A stretch of DNA of 63,747 bases, filler included, from Octopus bimaculoides (lineage: Eukaryota): the NCBI RefSeq assembly GCF_001194135.2. It is 8 parts of 8 records of this genome, joined end to end, with 100 filler letters (N's around TTAATTAATTAA, not from the genome) between each part and the next. Parts side by side here need not be neighbours in the genome. Positions count along the whole stretch, not along the records: positions 13,345 to 37,318 come from NC_068982.1; positions 37,419 to 39,540 come from NW_026433181.1; positions 39,641 to 50,559 come from NC_068997.1; 5 more parts are not named here. The stretch is one strand, 5' to 3'. The translations under genes were made by a program, and so were the position numbers. Numbering within the stretch: the stretch's first letter is position 1; every line of letters starts with the position of its first letter. The notes beneath the pieces are model-generated. The model made no database searches. It saw nothing but the letters and a program-made list of their open reading frames with translations, and was not told the DNA's origin. Shown piece by piece: positions 28,214 to 40,134 of this stretch.

Positions 28214-28593
28214 GGAGGCGCAATGGCCCAGTGGTTAGGACAGCGGGCTCGCGGTCAAAGGATCGCGCTTTCGATTCCCAGACCGGGCGTTGTGAGTGTT
28301 TATTGAGCGAAAACACCTAAAGTTCCACGAGGCTCCGGCAGGGGATGGTGGCGAACCCTGCTGTACTCTTCCACCACAACTTTCTCTCAATCTTACTTCC
28401 TGTTTCTGTTGTGCCTGTAATTCAAAGGGTCAGCCTTGTTACACTGTGTCACGCTGAATGTCCCCGAGAACTACGTTAAGGGTACACGTGTCTGTGGAGT
28501 GCTCAGTCATTGCACGTTAATTTCACGAGCAGGCTGTTCCGTTGATCGAATCAACTGGAGCCCTCGTCGTCGTAAGCGACGGAGTGCCAACAA
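28214..28593 (+). mobile_element. SINE family C (~380 bp, tRNA-derived head, (CAA)n tail)
   Basis: ggaggcgcaatggcccagtggttagg...tttcgattccc...ggagtgccaacaa; near-identical to 31061 and 50660. Confidence 0.9.
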
Positions 28594-28843
28594 AATGCAA
28601 GTGTGTGTCTATGTATGTTTTTGCATAATTACTGTTGTGTATAGAACATTTTTTTTAGAATTTCTTTTATGCATAAGCTTGAAAATTAATTTTCCGTCAA
28701 TTTCCGATAATCCTTCAAATTATATTTCTTTTTCTTCGCAATTATTTAGCATTAGGTTTTTGTTTGCAGTCTCCATCTATCATACAAATTTCAATGCATT
28801 AAAACCTATTTTACTGCATGCCATTCAGTGCATTCCCACCTAC

Positions 28844-28915
28844 CTGAATTGAGTTGTATATGCTATTGTGTGAATGCCTTTTGTTGATTGGTTATGATCA
28901 TAATTTTCAATATAT
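28844..28915 (-). CDS. Candidate 72-nt internal exon (YIENYDHNQSTKGIHTIAYTTQF)
   Basis: aacag| acceptor, CAG|GTAGGT donor, only one open frame (phase 2-2); no homology recognised. Confidence 0.2.
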
Positions 28916-29290
28916 CTGTTGCTCGGTGCAGGGTATAGTTATAACACTTTTAATGTACGTGTATAAGTGTGCGAGTGCGTCTGTGTGTGTGTGTGTATGT
29001 GTGTGTGTATGTGTCCGTGAGTGTATGATTTTGACTAGTTATATTCTTAAACATGCGAGCATGTATGAGTGTTTGTATGTATGTGTGTGTCATGATTATG
29101 TTTGTGTAATTACGCGTATAGATATTTCTACAGCTGCAAATTTCTTCTGAAAGTTGTGTAATTTCGCTTGTAATTTCATACGGTTGACTGTTTGTAGCTC
29201 TATACGTAATTGTGTTTATGTGCATATGGATGTGTATATGTATATATGTGTATGAGTATGCGTGTATGCATGCATGTATATTTTTTTTTA

Positions 29291-29522
29291 TTCTTTTATT
29301 TGTTTCAGAGATTTGACTGCGGCCATGCTGGAACACCACCTTGAAGGATTTTTGTCGAGCAAATCGATTCCAGGACATATTTTTTTTAAAGCATAGTACT
29401 TATTCTATCGGTATCATTTGCCGAACCCCTAAGTTATGGGAACGTAAACACACCAACACCAGTTGTCAAGCGGTGATAGGGTTAAATGTAGACAGACAGA
29501 TTGACAGACAGGCATACAAACA

Positions 29523-29603
<81 letters not shown>

Positions 29604-29731
29604 AAACACACAAACACACACGCACATATGTATACGGTGGGTTTCTTTCAGTTTCCGTCTATCAAATTCACTCACAAGGATTTGATCAGCCCGTGGCTAC
29701 AGTAATAGACACTTGCCCGAAGTGCTACGCA
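29291..29731 (-). mobile_element. SINE family A with expanded internal (CA)n
   Basis: Both halves present around a long (CA)n at 29525-29600. Confidence 0.88.
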
Positions 29732-31060
29732 GACACGCCTATGTGTATGTATGTATGTATGTATGTATGTATGTATGTATGCATGTGTATTTATATGATT
29801 GTTTCCTTGTATACTTATGTGTTAGTATGGGTATATTTATGCGTATGAATGTGCGCGCGCGCGCGTGTGCATATGCAAGTAACATGTTATATCAATCCAA
29901 GCTGGCAGCCTATAAAATATACCGCTGCATTTTTAACAGGCTATCAATTGCACCGAGTGAGACTTGAATTGTATGGGTAACTGCTGGTCTTCCTGAAAAA
30001 AAAATTGTTCAGGCCTGCGCAAACATGTGCAGTAGAAACATCGTCGACTTTGACAGATGTGGACTCTCCCACTCACACACATATTATGTAGGTGTTAACA
30101 TTCATAAGCCTATTCATTAGTGAAAGCATAGTGAATAAAGGCTTTGCTTTTGAATGCAGTTTTACATTTCAAATCTTGAAAGTAAAGCACCCTTATGTAG
30201 AATATACAAACTTTAAACTGAGCTGTCAAATAAGAACCATAGCAATTTAAATATCCTGCTGAAATGGTTTTATACAACATTAGTTACACTCACTTAGACA
30301 TTAAAAACTGTATATATATATATATTCACGTAAATATTTATGTATGGACAAGGTTTATGCTCATTAGCATTCCCCACAAAAGACGAACTAACTTCAGCTA
30401 TATTTGAATTTGCACTTCACGTTTTGTGGGTTGACTACATATTCTGTGTAGATTTACAAATCTTTGTTAAGGTGACAACAGAAATGAAAAAAAAAAAATC
30501 TCTGAAAAATGCTTTTGTTGCAAATAATATTTAAACTATGTTCAGCCACTTCAGATAGAAAAAATAACAATCTTGTGCGTGATCTGAGTAAAGAATATAA
30601 AAAAAGGATGGAACTGAAAAATATAAAACATTATTCTATTGCTACTCTCAACGTCACTTCCTTCAGAGCTATATTTTATATTGTGAAACGTTCACAAAGT
30701 GGTATTCGAAGTTCCCCGGTAAAGCGCCATGCGTGGAACGACTGATATCGCCTCACCTTTAGAACAAAATAATTTATAAAACTCGGTGAATGCATTTTTT
30801 TTTTTTTTTGCTATTTACAAAGATTGACCTTCACAAATTTCTTCAGAAAATTTTATATTTGTTAAAGTTAATTTGGCTAAAGTCGTATCTATGTGTGCTT
30901 CTGCTAAACCACATAGACATTGCTATGTGATGAAGAACTTCGCTTTGAAATTACATGGTTATTGGTTCGGTACCCTCGCACGGTATTTATTCCAGTGTCC
31001 ACGAGTATAGCCTCAGTGGGGGGTAAGTGGGTGGAATTTGTTTTATATAAGCTGTACAGA

Positions 31061-31443
31061 GGAGGCGCAATAGCCCAGTGGTTAAGGCAGCGGACTCGCG
31101 GTCATAGGATCGCGGTTTCGATTCCCAGACCGGGCGTTGTGAGTGTTTATTGAGCGAAAACACCTAAAGCTCCACGAGGCTCCGGCAGGGGATGGTGGCG
31201 AACCCTGCTGTGTTCTTTCATCACAACTTTCTCTCACTCTTACTTCCTGTTTCTGTTGTGCCTGTAATTCAAAGGGTCAGCCTTGTCACACTGTGTCACG
31301 CTGAATATCCACGAGAACTACGTTAAGGGTACACGTGTCTGTGGAGTGCTCAGTCACTTGAACGTTAATTTCATGAGCAGGCTGTTCCATTGATCGGATC
31401 AACTGGGTCCCTCGACGTCGTAACCGACGGAGTGCCAACAACG
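31061..31443 (+). mobile_element. SINE family C, full length, 11-bp TSD
   Basis: agctgtacaga at 31050-31060 and 31444-31454. Confidence 0.93.
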
Positions 31444-31779
31444 AGCTGTACAGAAACCTTCAAATACAGGCATGCTCCGCGTTACAGAAGTGCTGGCACT
31501 CCTGAAAACCTTGCTATAAAGGGGTTGATTTTCTTTTATTATTGACTTCCCCGTTTCATGGAATTTACAGAGAAAATATACTACAAATGACCGAAGCTGT
31601 AAGATGTTCATTCCATAAGCTGGGAGTGCATGCACATACACACAGGTTGGTGTTTGCTCCACATCTATTTCCTGTAAATAACAGTTTGACAGTTAGATGT
31701 CAATGAAACAAATACGAAAGACGATACATTCGACTGAATCTGTAAGTGAATCACTCATCATGACAACAGTTCGATGACA

Positions 31780-32480
31780 AAATCCTGAAAAGGAATAAGT
31801 GATGGTCTTCCAACCTCTATATTGTCTCTATCAACTGCGACCATTGATATGAGTCACTAGGTATGGATGAAGTGATTGTGCGGACACAGTCTGTGAAGTT
31901 ACGCAACCAGATTGTAGTTACTGCATCATGGAAGATTGCAGAAGATTTTGTGTATCAGAAAATTTGTGCAAAGTGATTACCCAGGCAGTTTGCCGCCGAT
32001 TTGAAAGACAAGTTGGAAGTCTACTCTGATCTGTTAAACGCATTTGAAGCCTATCAAGACAAGATTTCTTTTTCGATCTGGTTACAGGCGATGAAATATG
32101 GCCATTTTTTTCGATTCAGAAACGAAAGCTCAGCCCATGAAATAACGTCACACTTTTTCTCCAAGGCATGAGAAGCTTGAGAGCCAGTGGTAAGCATGAA
32201 CGTGATTTTATTTATTTTATAGAATGTTGCTGTACCGTGAGCAGCGATTGATAAGATTAAACTTCAAAAAAAGGTCTGAGAAGCCATTAGGAAGAAGTGA
32301 CTGAAGAAAAATCTGTGAACGATCTACATTCACCATGACAATGTGTGAATGCATACCTCTCAGGTGACAAATCAAACAACCGACAAGCTGGGTTGATTAG
32401 TGGTCCTTCATTAACCATGCATCACAGCCTTCTGACATTCGCCTGTTTGATCTAACGAAGAACGGTTTGGGGGAACAAGT
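31780..32480 (+). mobile_element. Heavily decayed mariner transposase
   Basis: Remnant motifs KICAK*LPRQ (WVPR), LVTGDEIW, DSETKAQPMK*, HHDN, PSDIRLFD..KNGLGG (PSDFHLF..LK..LGG). Confidence 0.75.
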
Positions 32481-32942
32481 TGACTATATTCCACCATAGT
32501 CTTAGGTTAATCAAAGTGAATATATAACTAAATAAAATTAAAAATCGTATGAAAGGCTGTTGGAAAGATTATCCTTATTCTAACATGGAGACTTAATCCA
32601 TTGTTCAATTTGATTCACCTTCTAGTTTCTAGGTGACTCTAACGAAGTCCACCTTATTGCAAGCATTCAAGTTAGGGTTAGGGTTATTGAAGATACTATT
32701 ATTCTTTCCTTCTATTAGACACGGAGATCTTCAACTTCGACATAAACAATAAAAACGAAAGCCTACAATATTTGATTTTGTTGTTCATTCAGCTACTATT
32801 AGAAGAGTTCTTACCTTTTGGTTATTTGGAATCGAAGAAATAAGTATCCACGGGAATCTATTCAATTGGATCTATATCCCTCACCTGCAAAACAATGTTT
32901 AAGAAATTAATACCAAAGTATGGCAGGAGACATTCTAACAAG

Positions 32943-33025
32943 AATATTTTGTCTAAAAACTTTTAACAGGGATATTTTGTCTAAAAACGTTTAACAGGGA
33001 TATTTTGTCTAAATACTTTAAACTG
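32943..33025. repeat. 28-bp tandem repeat, 3 copies
   Basis: gatattttgtctaaaaac(t/g)tttaacagg at 32943, 32971 and 32999. Confidence 0.85.
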
Positions 33026-33995
33026 AAAATTTAGATCTTAATATGTTTTAAATCAAGAATAATTAGTGTAAATACGATAATACTGTTGTTGTAGTAGCAT
33101 TTTGTTTTCTTTTGACTTTTTTCTTATTCTTCTTTCTGTTGTGACATTGGTGTTGGTGTGGTGGTGTTCAAAGTGTTGAGTCAAGAGTAGGGTACAGATA
33201 AAGTTTCATTGATCGAAGTAGCTAACAGCCTAGAGGTGAGGAAAACTTTAGAGGTTGGCTGTATATAAAGTTTGGAATGTGAAGGTTTATGAGAAGTGTA
33301 GGGTCGTGTCGCGTCGGTGGTGAATGATTAAAGTAGATTGTGCCGATGTGGCTGTGGTGGTGAGAGTAATTGTTTTAAAGTTCGTTGACAGAGGAGAAGG
33401 GAAAACATTTTGTAGAGATAACATAGAATTGTCGGTCTTCTAAGCGGACGGGGCGGAGTCTGAAGAAAATTCTGACGACAGACAGAGGTCTAAAGCGACT
33501 GCTGAGGAAAGTCGATATACATATGATTAGCAATTAAGCTTTTGTTTCCGATTCTGTGGAGTGCGATAATCTTATTTCCGAGAAACGTTTTCAAGTGCCG
33601 AAGAACATCTGTTCATGATGTACGAAAGGTCACCTATTGCTCTGAGATTAGTAGGAAGGCGGAGCAGAGGGTGGGGTGCAAACCACATTTCATACCGCAG
33701 ACTTTCAAAAGAAACGAAGATATATTTAAAATAGGTTAGTTTGGGGAAGGAATTCAGGGGGAAAATTATAATTGTATATCTTCATAGCAGACTTAACAAC
33801 CGATGTGCACCGAATAAACTTGAAAAACGAAGAACGATCAAAACAGGTATACAATTTAAAATAATATAAAATGGAAGGCAAAGAAGGAAAACATGTTATG
33901 CTGAAAATATCAAATACCATGTGAAATAGAAAGCGAAAGTAAATATATAAAATCGAACTAGCCCGCTGGTAAAAGCTCGTCGGACCGTATGATAT

Positions 33996-33997
<2 letters not shown>

Positions 33998-34076
<79 letters not shown>

Positions 34077-34189
34077 CATGCATGAACATATATATATATA
34101 TTGCATACGAATATTATATTACATACATCATTTTACATACACACATGTAAACATACATGCATACAAGCATACATACATACATACACACA

Positions 34190-34223
<34 letters not shown>

Positions 34224-34424
34224 CATATACATACATACGTACACATAATATATTTTCTTTAGTTATTAATCAATGGCTAATTCTAAGGTTTTGAATTCCC
34301 AATATACTCCCAAAGCAATAATTAATCACATGCTGTAGTTACTACACATCAAAATATGTATATATCAATTATGTTTACAATGGAATGAGTTCCTTCAAAG
34401 ATTATATGCGCACAAAATCATATA

Positions 34425-34491
<67 letters not shown>

Positions 34492-34850
34492 ATATGTATA
34501 TGTATATGTATATATATATATATATGTGTGTATGCATATATATACATACATATATATACATATATATATATACACATACTACATATATATATATACACAT
34601 AAATATCTATGTATATACACATACATACATATATACATATATATATACACACATACATATGTATATATACACATACATACATATATATATAAACATACAT
34701 ACATATATATGTATATATATATATATATATATACACGCACACACATATATACATACAAACATACATACATACATACATATATACAAACATACATACATAC
34801 ATACAAATACACACATATATACATACATACATACATATATACATACGTAT
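33998..34850. repeat. Long (TA)n/(CATA)n compound microsatellite field
   Basis: Directly visible; interrupted by about 130 bp of unique sequence. Confidence 0.9.
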
Positions 34851-36693
34851 TGAGAGAGACAGTCAGAGACAAAGAAAGAACATTAGAGTGAACGATATTT
34901 GTTTATCTTTCTGGTTCGCACATTTCTCTTCTTTTTTCTAGTATTAAATTCGTTCTGGTCATTACATTGTGTATAAGTTTATTCGGTGCATATTTCGTAT
35001 TAACTCGGTAGTAAGGGACTGGATTAGAAATTGTTCTAACTCACCCATTTTCAGACTACCATCTCGTTTGAAAATACTTTGAATTTAAACGTGGTATTCC
35101 TCTCAAAGGAAATTAAATAGACTATATTCTTTAGATTACACGGTGCGTTACTCACTTGGACATGATTTTAACATTTGTATACTCATAGTAATGCTCAAAT
35201 TTGTTAATTATCGTCTGCAATAAGAATTCCTTTGCTATAAACTGTTTTTTCCATTCGGTATTATTGTAGCAGGGTTTGAGAGTAGAATGTCATATGTACT
35301 AAAAACAAGACAACTATATTTGATAATCATTGTATGCTGAGAAATTAATTGTGTGTATATACATATATATATATATATATATATANNNNNNNNNNNNNNN
35401 NNNNNNNNNNNNNNNNNNNNNNNNNNNNNNNNNNNNNNNNNNNNNNNNNNNNNNNNNNNNNNNNNNNNNNNNNNNNNNNNNNNNNNNNNNNNNNNNNNNN
35501 NNNNNNNNNNNNNNNNNNNNNNNNNNNNNNNNNNNNNNNNNNNNNNNNNNNNNNNNNNNNNNNNNNNNNNNNNNNNNNNNNNNNNNNNNNNNNNNNNNNN
35601 NNNNNNNNNNNNNNNNNNNNNNNNNNNNNNNNNNNNNNNNNNNNNNNNNNNNNNNNNNNNNNNNNNNNNNNNNNNNNNNNNNNNNNNNNNNNNNNNNNNN
35701 NNNNNNNNNNNNNNNNNNNNNNNNNNNNNNNNNNNNNNNNNNNNNNNNNNNNNNNNNNNNNNNNNNNNNNNNNNNNNNNNNNNNNNNNNNNNNNNNNNNN
35801 NNNNNNNNNNNNNNNNNNNNNNNNNNNNNNNNNNNNNNNNNNNNNNNNNNNNNNNNNNNNNNNNNNNNNNNNNNNNNNNNNNNNNNNNNNNNNNNNNNNN
35901 NNNNNNNNNNNNNNNNNNNNNNNNNNNNNNNNNNNNNNNNNNNNNNNNNNNNNNNNNNNNNNNNNNNNNNNNNNNNNNNNNNNNNNNNNNNNNNNNNNNN
36001 NNNNNNNNNNNNNNNNNNNNNNNNNNNNNNNNNNNNNNNNNNNNNNNNNNNNNNNNNNNNNNNNNNNNNNNNNNNNNNNNNNNNNNNNNNNNNNNNNNNN
36101 NNNNNNNNNNNNNNNNNNNNNNNNNNNNNNNNNNNNNNNNNNNNNNNNNNNNNNNNNNNNNNNNNNNNNNNNNNNNNNNNNNNNNNNNNNNNNNNNNNNN
36201 NNNNNNNNNNNNNNNNNNNNNNNNNNNNNNNNNNNNNNNNNNNNNNNNNNNNNNNNNNNNNNNNNNNNNNTGTTCCTTTTCGGTGATTTTAAATGTCTTG
36301 TCCGCTTACGTTTTGGTATCACGCTATATTTCATGTTGAGAACAATTTAGGTCTTTTTAGACACAAGATGTGATCTATTGCTAGCACATTAAATGTCCAC
36401 GTTAGTGGTCAACGTCATATATAAAAATGTACTTTAATCCCCTGAGATTGCAGATACTGTTTCTGAATCTCTTTGATTCTTTAAATGTGCTAGCTTCCTG
36501 GTAATTAATCGATATTAATTAATAAATGATTTTTTGCCATTTTTTAAATAATAATAATAATAATATATATATAGATAGATAGATGTGTACATCCATATAA
36601 ATACATAGATACGTGTGTGTGTGTGTTAAATAAAATGAGACAAAGAAGCCAAGATAGTGTGAAATTTCTAGGAAATTTATAATGAGAAAGGTA

Positions 36694-36742
36694 GCCTTAC
36701 AACTATTTTAGGGATATGGGGGATATCCCTTCATCAGATACC
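36694..36742 (-). ncRNA. PLE-type minimal type I hammerhead ribozyme (G12 mutated, probably inactive)
   Basis: CTGATGA-AGGGATAT-cccc-ATATCCCT-aAAA-tAGtTG-TA-aggc. Confidence 0.6.
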
Positions 36743-37048
36743 ATATAAGAGAGTTAAATAGATAGAAATAGTAGGGTTCAATATACGAGATTATTTTGAA
36801 AAGTGAGAGACATAGTAAGTATAAAGTGAAATAAGATAATAAAAATAAAAATATATGTTGGATGTTACAGTTGCAGTTCCATTATCCAAGGAAAGTTCTG
36901 TGTAGAATGGTAGAAAGACTTCTTGTCCACGGTATGTAAATTCCAACAGGAGTTCATATTTTGTTATTAGAAATTGGACAGAGTGGTGACATTAATTTCA
37001 TGTGCTGTTCATTCAAGGGGGTCTTGTAGTATTTAACTCTATCAAATC

Positions 37049-37096
37049 GTCTCTGTTGAAGTGATATCACTCATATCCCTGAAACAGCTGTAAGGC
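37049..37096 (+). ncRNA. PLE-type minimal type I hammerhead ribozyme (A6 mutated, probably inactive)
   Basis: GTCT-CTGtTGA-AGtGATAT-cactc-ATATCCCT-GAAA-CAGCTG-TA-AGGC; stem I GUCU/AGGC, palindromic stem III ACAGCUGU. Confidence 0.6.
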
Positions 37097-37418
37097 TACC
37101 TTTCTCTTTATTAATGTCTGAGAAATTTCTCACTGTCTTGGCTTTGTCGTTTCACTTAATTTAACATATACATGCTCACACACGACATCTCATACTATTG
37201 TTGAACCAGGAGTCTAACTACGGTTCTGTCCTTTCGTAGGACTTACATAGCCTTACCCGCCATTTTGGATCTTCTGCATACCAAAACGTCTCATAATATC
37301 TTATATATATATATATATNNNNNNNNNNNNNNNNNNNNNNNNNNNNNNNNNNNNNNNNNNNNTTAATTAATTAANNNNNNNNNNNNNNNNNNNNNNNNNN
37401 NNNNNNNNNNNNNNNNNN

Positions 37419-37682
37419 AGTCGAAGAAATCAACCCCAGGATTTATTCTTTGTAAGCCTAGTACTTATCTTATCGGTTTCTGTTTTGCCGAACTGCTAAG
37501 TTACGAGGACATAAGCATACCAACATCGGTTGGCAAACGATAACAGGGAGACAAACACACACACACACACATACTATAACTCGAAACTATAGTAGAAGAC
37601 ACTTGCCCGAGGTACCATGCAGTGGGACTGAACTCGGAACCATGTGGTCGGAAACCAAACTTCTTACCACACAGCCATGTCT
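37419..37682 (-). mobile_element. SINE family A with internal deletion
   Basis: ccccaggatttattctttgtaagcctagtac... to ...cttaccacacagcc. Confidence 0.85.
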
Positions 37683-37852
37683 GTTAATGGTATCAATATT
37701 TCTCTTTTATTACTTTTCATGGGTAAATATTACTTGAAGTTTATACTGATTTATGGTTTATTGAGAGTGATTCTGTTGCCTTGGAAACGGTCCAACGCAA
37801 TCACCTGCCCAGACCTACACACACCTTTGCTCGCCAACAGGACTTATCAGAC

Positions 37853-37853
37853 T

Positions 37854-37920
<67 letters not shown>

Positions 37921-37955
37921 CAGCAGCAGCGGCGGCGGTGGTGGTGGCGGCGGCT
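37853..37955. repeat. (AGT)n grading into (GCA/GCG/GTG)n
   Basis: Directly visible. Confidence 0.9.
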
Positions 37956-38206
37956 GCTCTGACATGGTAGTGCTTCGTCCTTTAACGAAACATACTTAAC
38001 CTCCTGTCAGATTTGCTGCTAAGATATTTCCAAGGCAAAATGCTTTTCTATGTTTCCATGCATAAACAGAGAAGATCGCAAGTCAATGAGTTGGAGGGTA
38101 GTCTTACTGAATGCTGTTGCGTAACTTTTACTGAACACACCGAGGCACTTTGCTGATTTTTCACTTAAACCTAGACATCAGACTTTGACGAATATGGCGA
38201 CTTCCT

Positions 38207-38412
38207 AAGGCGGCGAGCTGGCAGAATCGTTAGCACGCCGGGCGAAATGCTCAGCGGTATTTCGTCTGTATTTGCGTTCAAATTCCGCCATGGTCGACTT
38301 TGCTTTTTATCCTTTCGGGGTCGATAAATTAAGTACCAGTTACGTACTGGGGTCGAGCTAATTGACTGGCTCCCTCCCCCAAAACTTCGGGCCTTGTGCC
38401 TAGAGTAGAAAA
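38207..38412 (+). mobile_element. SINE family B, full length, ~15-bp TSD
   Basis: gaatatggcgacttc (38190-38204) vs gaatattgggacttc (38413-38427). Confidence 0.9.
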
Positions 38413-38479
38413 GAATATTGGGACTTCATTCTATATACTGATAAGTCACTCTTCCTTTGCATTTTTAGCTTTAATTTGT

Positions 38480-38730
38480 TAGTCATTGGATTACGACCAT
38501 ACTGGGGAACCGCATTGAAGGGTGTTTGGGTTTTCTTTGTTTTTCTAGTCGAACAAATGGACTCCAGTATTTCTTTGGTTTTCGGGACAGTGGGGAGTTT
38601 TAGTCTTTCTCCTTTTTTTTTTTTTTTTGTAGTTTAGTATTTATTCTATCGGTTTCCTTTGCTGAACCACTAATTTACGGGAACGTAAACTAACCAACAC
38701 TGGTCATTAGCTGGTGGAGGAAATAAACAC
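38480..38730 (-). mobile_element. SINE family A 3' half, diverged
   Basis: ttagtcattggattacgaccatactgggg...tattctatcggtttcctttgctgaaccactaatttacggg. Confidence 0.7.
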
Positions 38731-38847
38731 AGATACACACACACATACATACACACGCATAAACGCACACGCACATACATACATGCATACATACATACAT
38801 ACACACATACATGCATGCATACATACATACGTACATACATACATACA

Positions 38848-38878
<31 letters not shown>

Positions 38879-39062
38879 GGTTTCAAATTTGGCACGAGAT
38901 CAGCAATTTGAGAGGAGGGGATAAGTCGATTACATCAACCCCAATACTCAACTGATACTTGTTTTATCGACCCCGAAAGGATAGAAGGTAAAGTTAACCT
39001 TGGCGGAATTTGAACTCAGAACGTAAAGGGCGAAATGCCGCTACGATGTGCTACCGATTCTA
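38879..39062 (-). mobile_element. SINE family B
   Basis: ggtttcaaatttggcac...tttatcgaccccgaaaggat...ggcggaatttgaactcagaacg. Confidence 0.85.
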
Positions 39063-39064
39063 CC

Positions 39065-39540
39065 TTTATATGACAGACTCTCCTGTGAAAGACAACGAAT
39101 AAGCATTCAGTTTTTGCTGAACGATTTGTACAAATGATTGTTTATAGTGATCAAACGTTCGTGCCGCACCTTAGTTCACTCTCTTCATCAGATCGACGTT
39201 GTCTGAACAGGTGCAACAGGTGTGCCACGCGTCAGATGTCGAAATGATCGCAAAGCAACGTGAGATGAAGCATTTTATTCAAGGACGTAACACATCGCTC
39301 GGTGCTGGAATCGAACCTATGATCTAGCGATCGTGAATGCAACACCCAAACCACTAGGCCTCGTGCTTTCATGTAAAAGTAAAAAAAATAAACGCGCTCT
39401 TTTAAAGCCTAGCCAGGCTCATGGGCCCGGTCTTCCGATTTCAATGGCGTATGTGTACCCTAGTTGGACGGGACGCCAGTCCATCGTAGAATTACTCATT
39501 TTTGCCAGCTGAGTGGATTGGAGCAACGTGAAATGAAGTG
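39065..39540 (-). mobile_element. Two adjacent SINE family D-like copies
   Basis: Reversed tRNA head (ggaatcgaacc...ccactaggcctcgtgc) and reversed core (gctgagtggattggagcaacgtgaaatgaagtg) ending at a gap. Confidence 0.65.
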
Positions 39541-39640
39541 NNNNNNNNNNNNNNNNNNNNNNNNNNNNNNNNNNNNNNNNNNNNTTAATTAATTAANNNN
39601 NNNNNNNNNNNNNNNNNNNNNNNNNNNNNNNNNNNNNNNN

Positions 39641-39677
<37 letters not shown>

Positions 39678-39699
39678 TATATAGGGGTAGTAGTAACCA

Positions 39700-40085
39700 A
39701 CTAAGGGATACAATATCCGTACATACTATCAGCATCCGTTACCTGTGTTAACCCCGGGCAATGGTGTGCAGGGACACCATATACGTCGAGCGCAGGTAAC
39801 AACAGGATAAACAAAAGTTTATCAGGAACCAATGCTCTTTGAGCCCTGATGGTAAACAACTATGTGCATTTAACATATTGGCCTTCTAGAAATTTTGTCT
39901 ATACCATGTTTTCTTTCCTTTTTCTTCCTTTTGTTTATATTGTATGCTCTTGTTTTTCATTCTGATGAAGACCTGTTGCCTTAATTCGAATGCCCTATGA
40001 AGATGAAGAATTTTATCCTGGCATTTACGTATAGGCTGCATTCTGGTAGTTTGATCAGAAACAGATTTTGGATTTGTATTGTCAT
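39700..40085 (+). mobile_element. Penelope-like 3' remnant with degenerate hammerhead-like motif
   Basis: KFIRNQCSLSPDG resembles the endonuclease tail; CTGATGA at 39962, GAAA at 40058, stem ACAGAT/ATTTGT then A. Confidence 0.4.
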
Positions 40086-40134
40086 GCATTGTATCAATAA
40101 ATATGCTTTAAAATGTAGTCCTATCCATGCGCTG

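Larger units (their letters stand above)
36610..37170 (-). mobile_element. Penelope-like 3' end with inverted pseudo-LTR arrangement
   Basis: Minus ELNTTRPP*MN (endonuclease tail) followed by a hammerhead; a second hammerhead plus its downstream ~90 bp is inverted at 37049-37170. Confidence 0.7.

Noticed and set aside
28214-28290. tRNA-like A/B-box sequences at the heads of SINE families A-D
   Set aside because: No complete cloverleaf, and they continue into repeated SINE bodies with TSDs: not tRNA genes
19786-29976. VTTEG-YQLHRV join resembling the lipase VTTEDGYILTLHR motif
   Set aside because: Needs a gapped match across two speculative micro-exons; no other lipase exons found
32671-32685. 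Interstitial telomere
   Set aside because: Only about 2.5 TTAGGG units
32814-32884. Minus-strand 70-nt segment with strong acceptor and donor
   Set aside because: Stops in all three frames; at best a non-coding or pseudo-exon
36870-36900. Exon giving a GPCR-like start MAELSLDNGTAT when joined to 37257
   Set aside because: Lies within the Penelope 3' UTR
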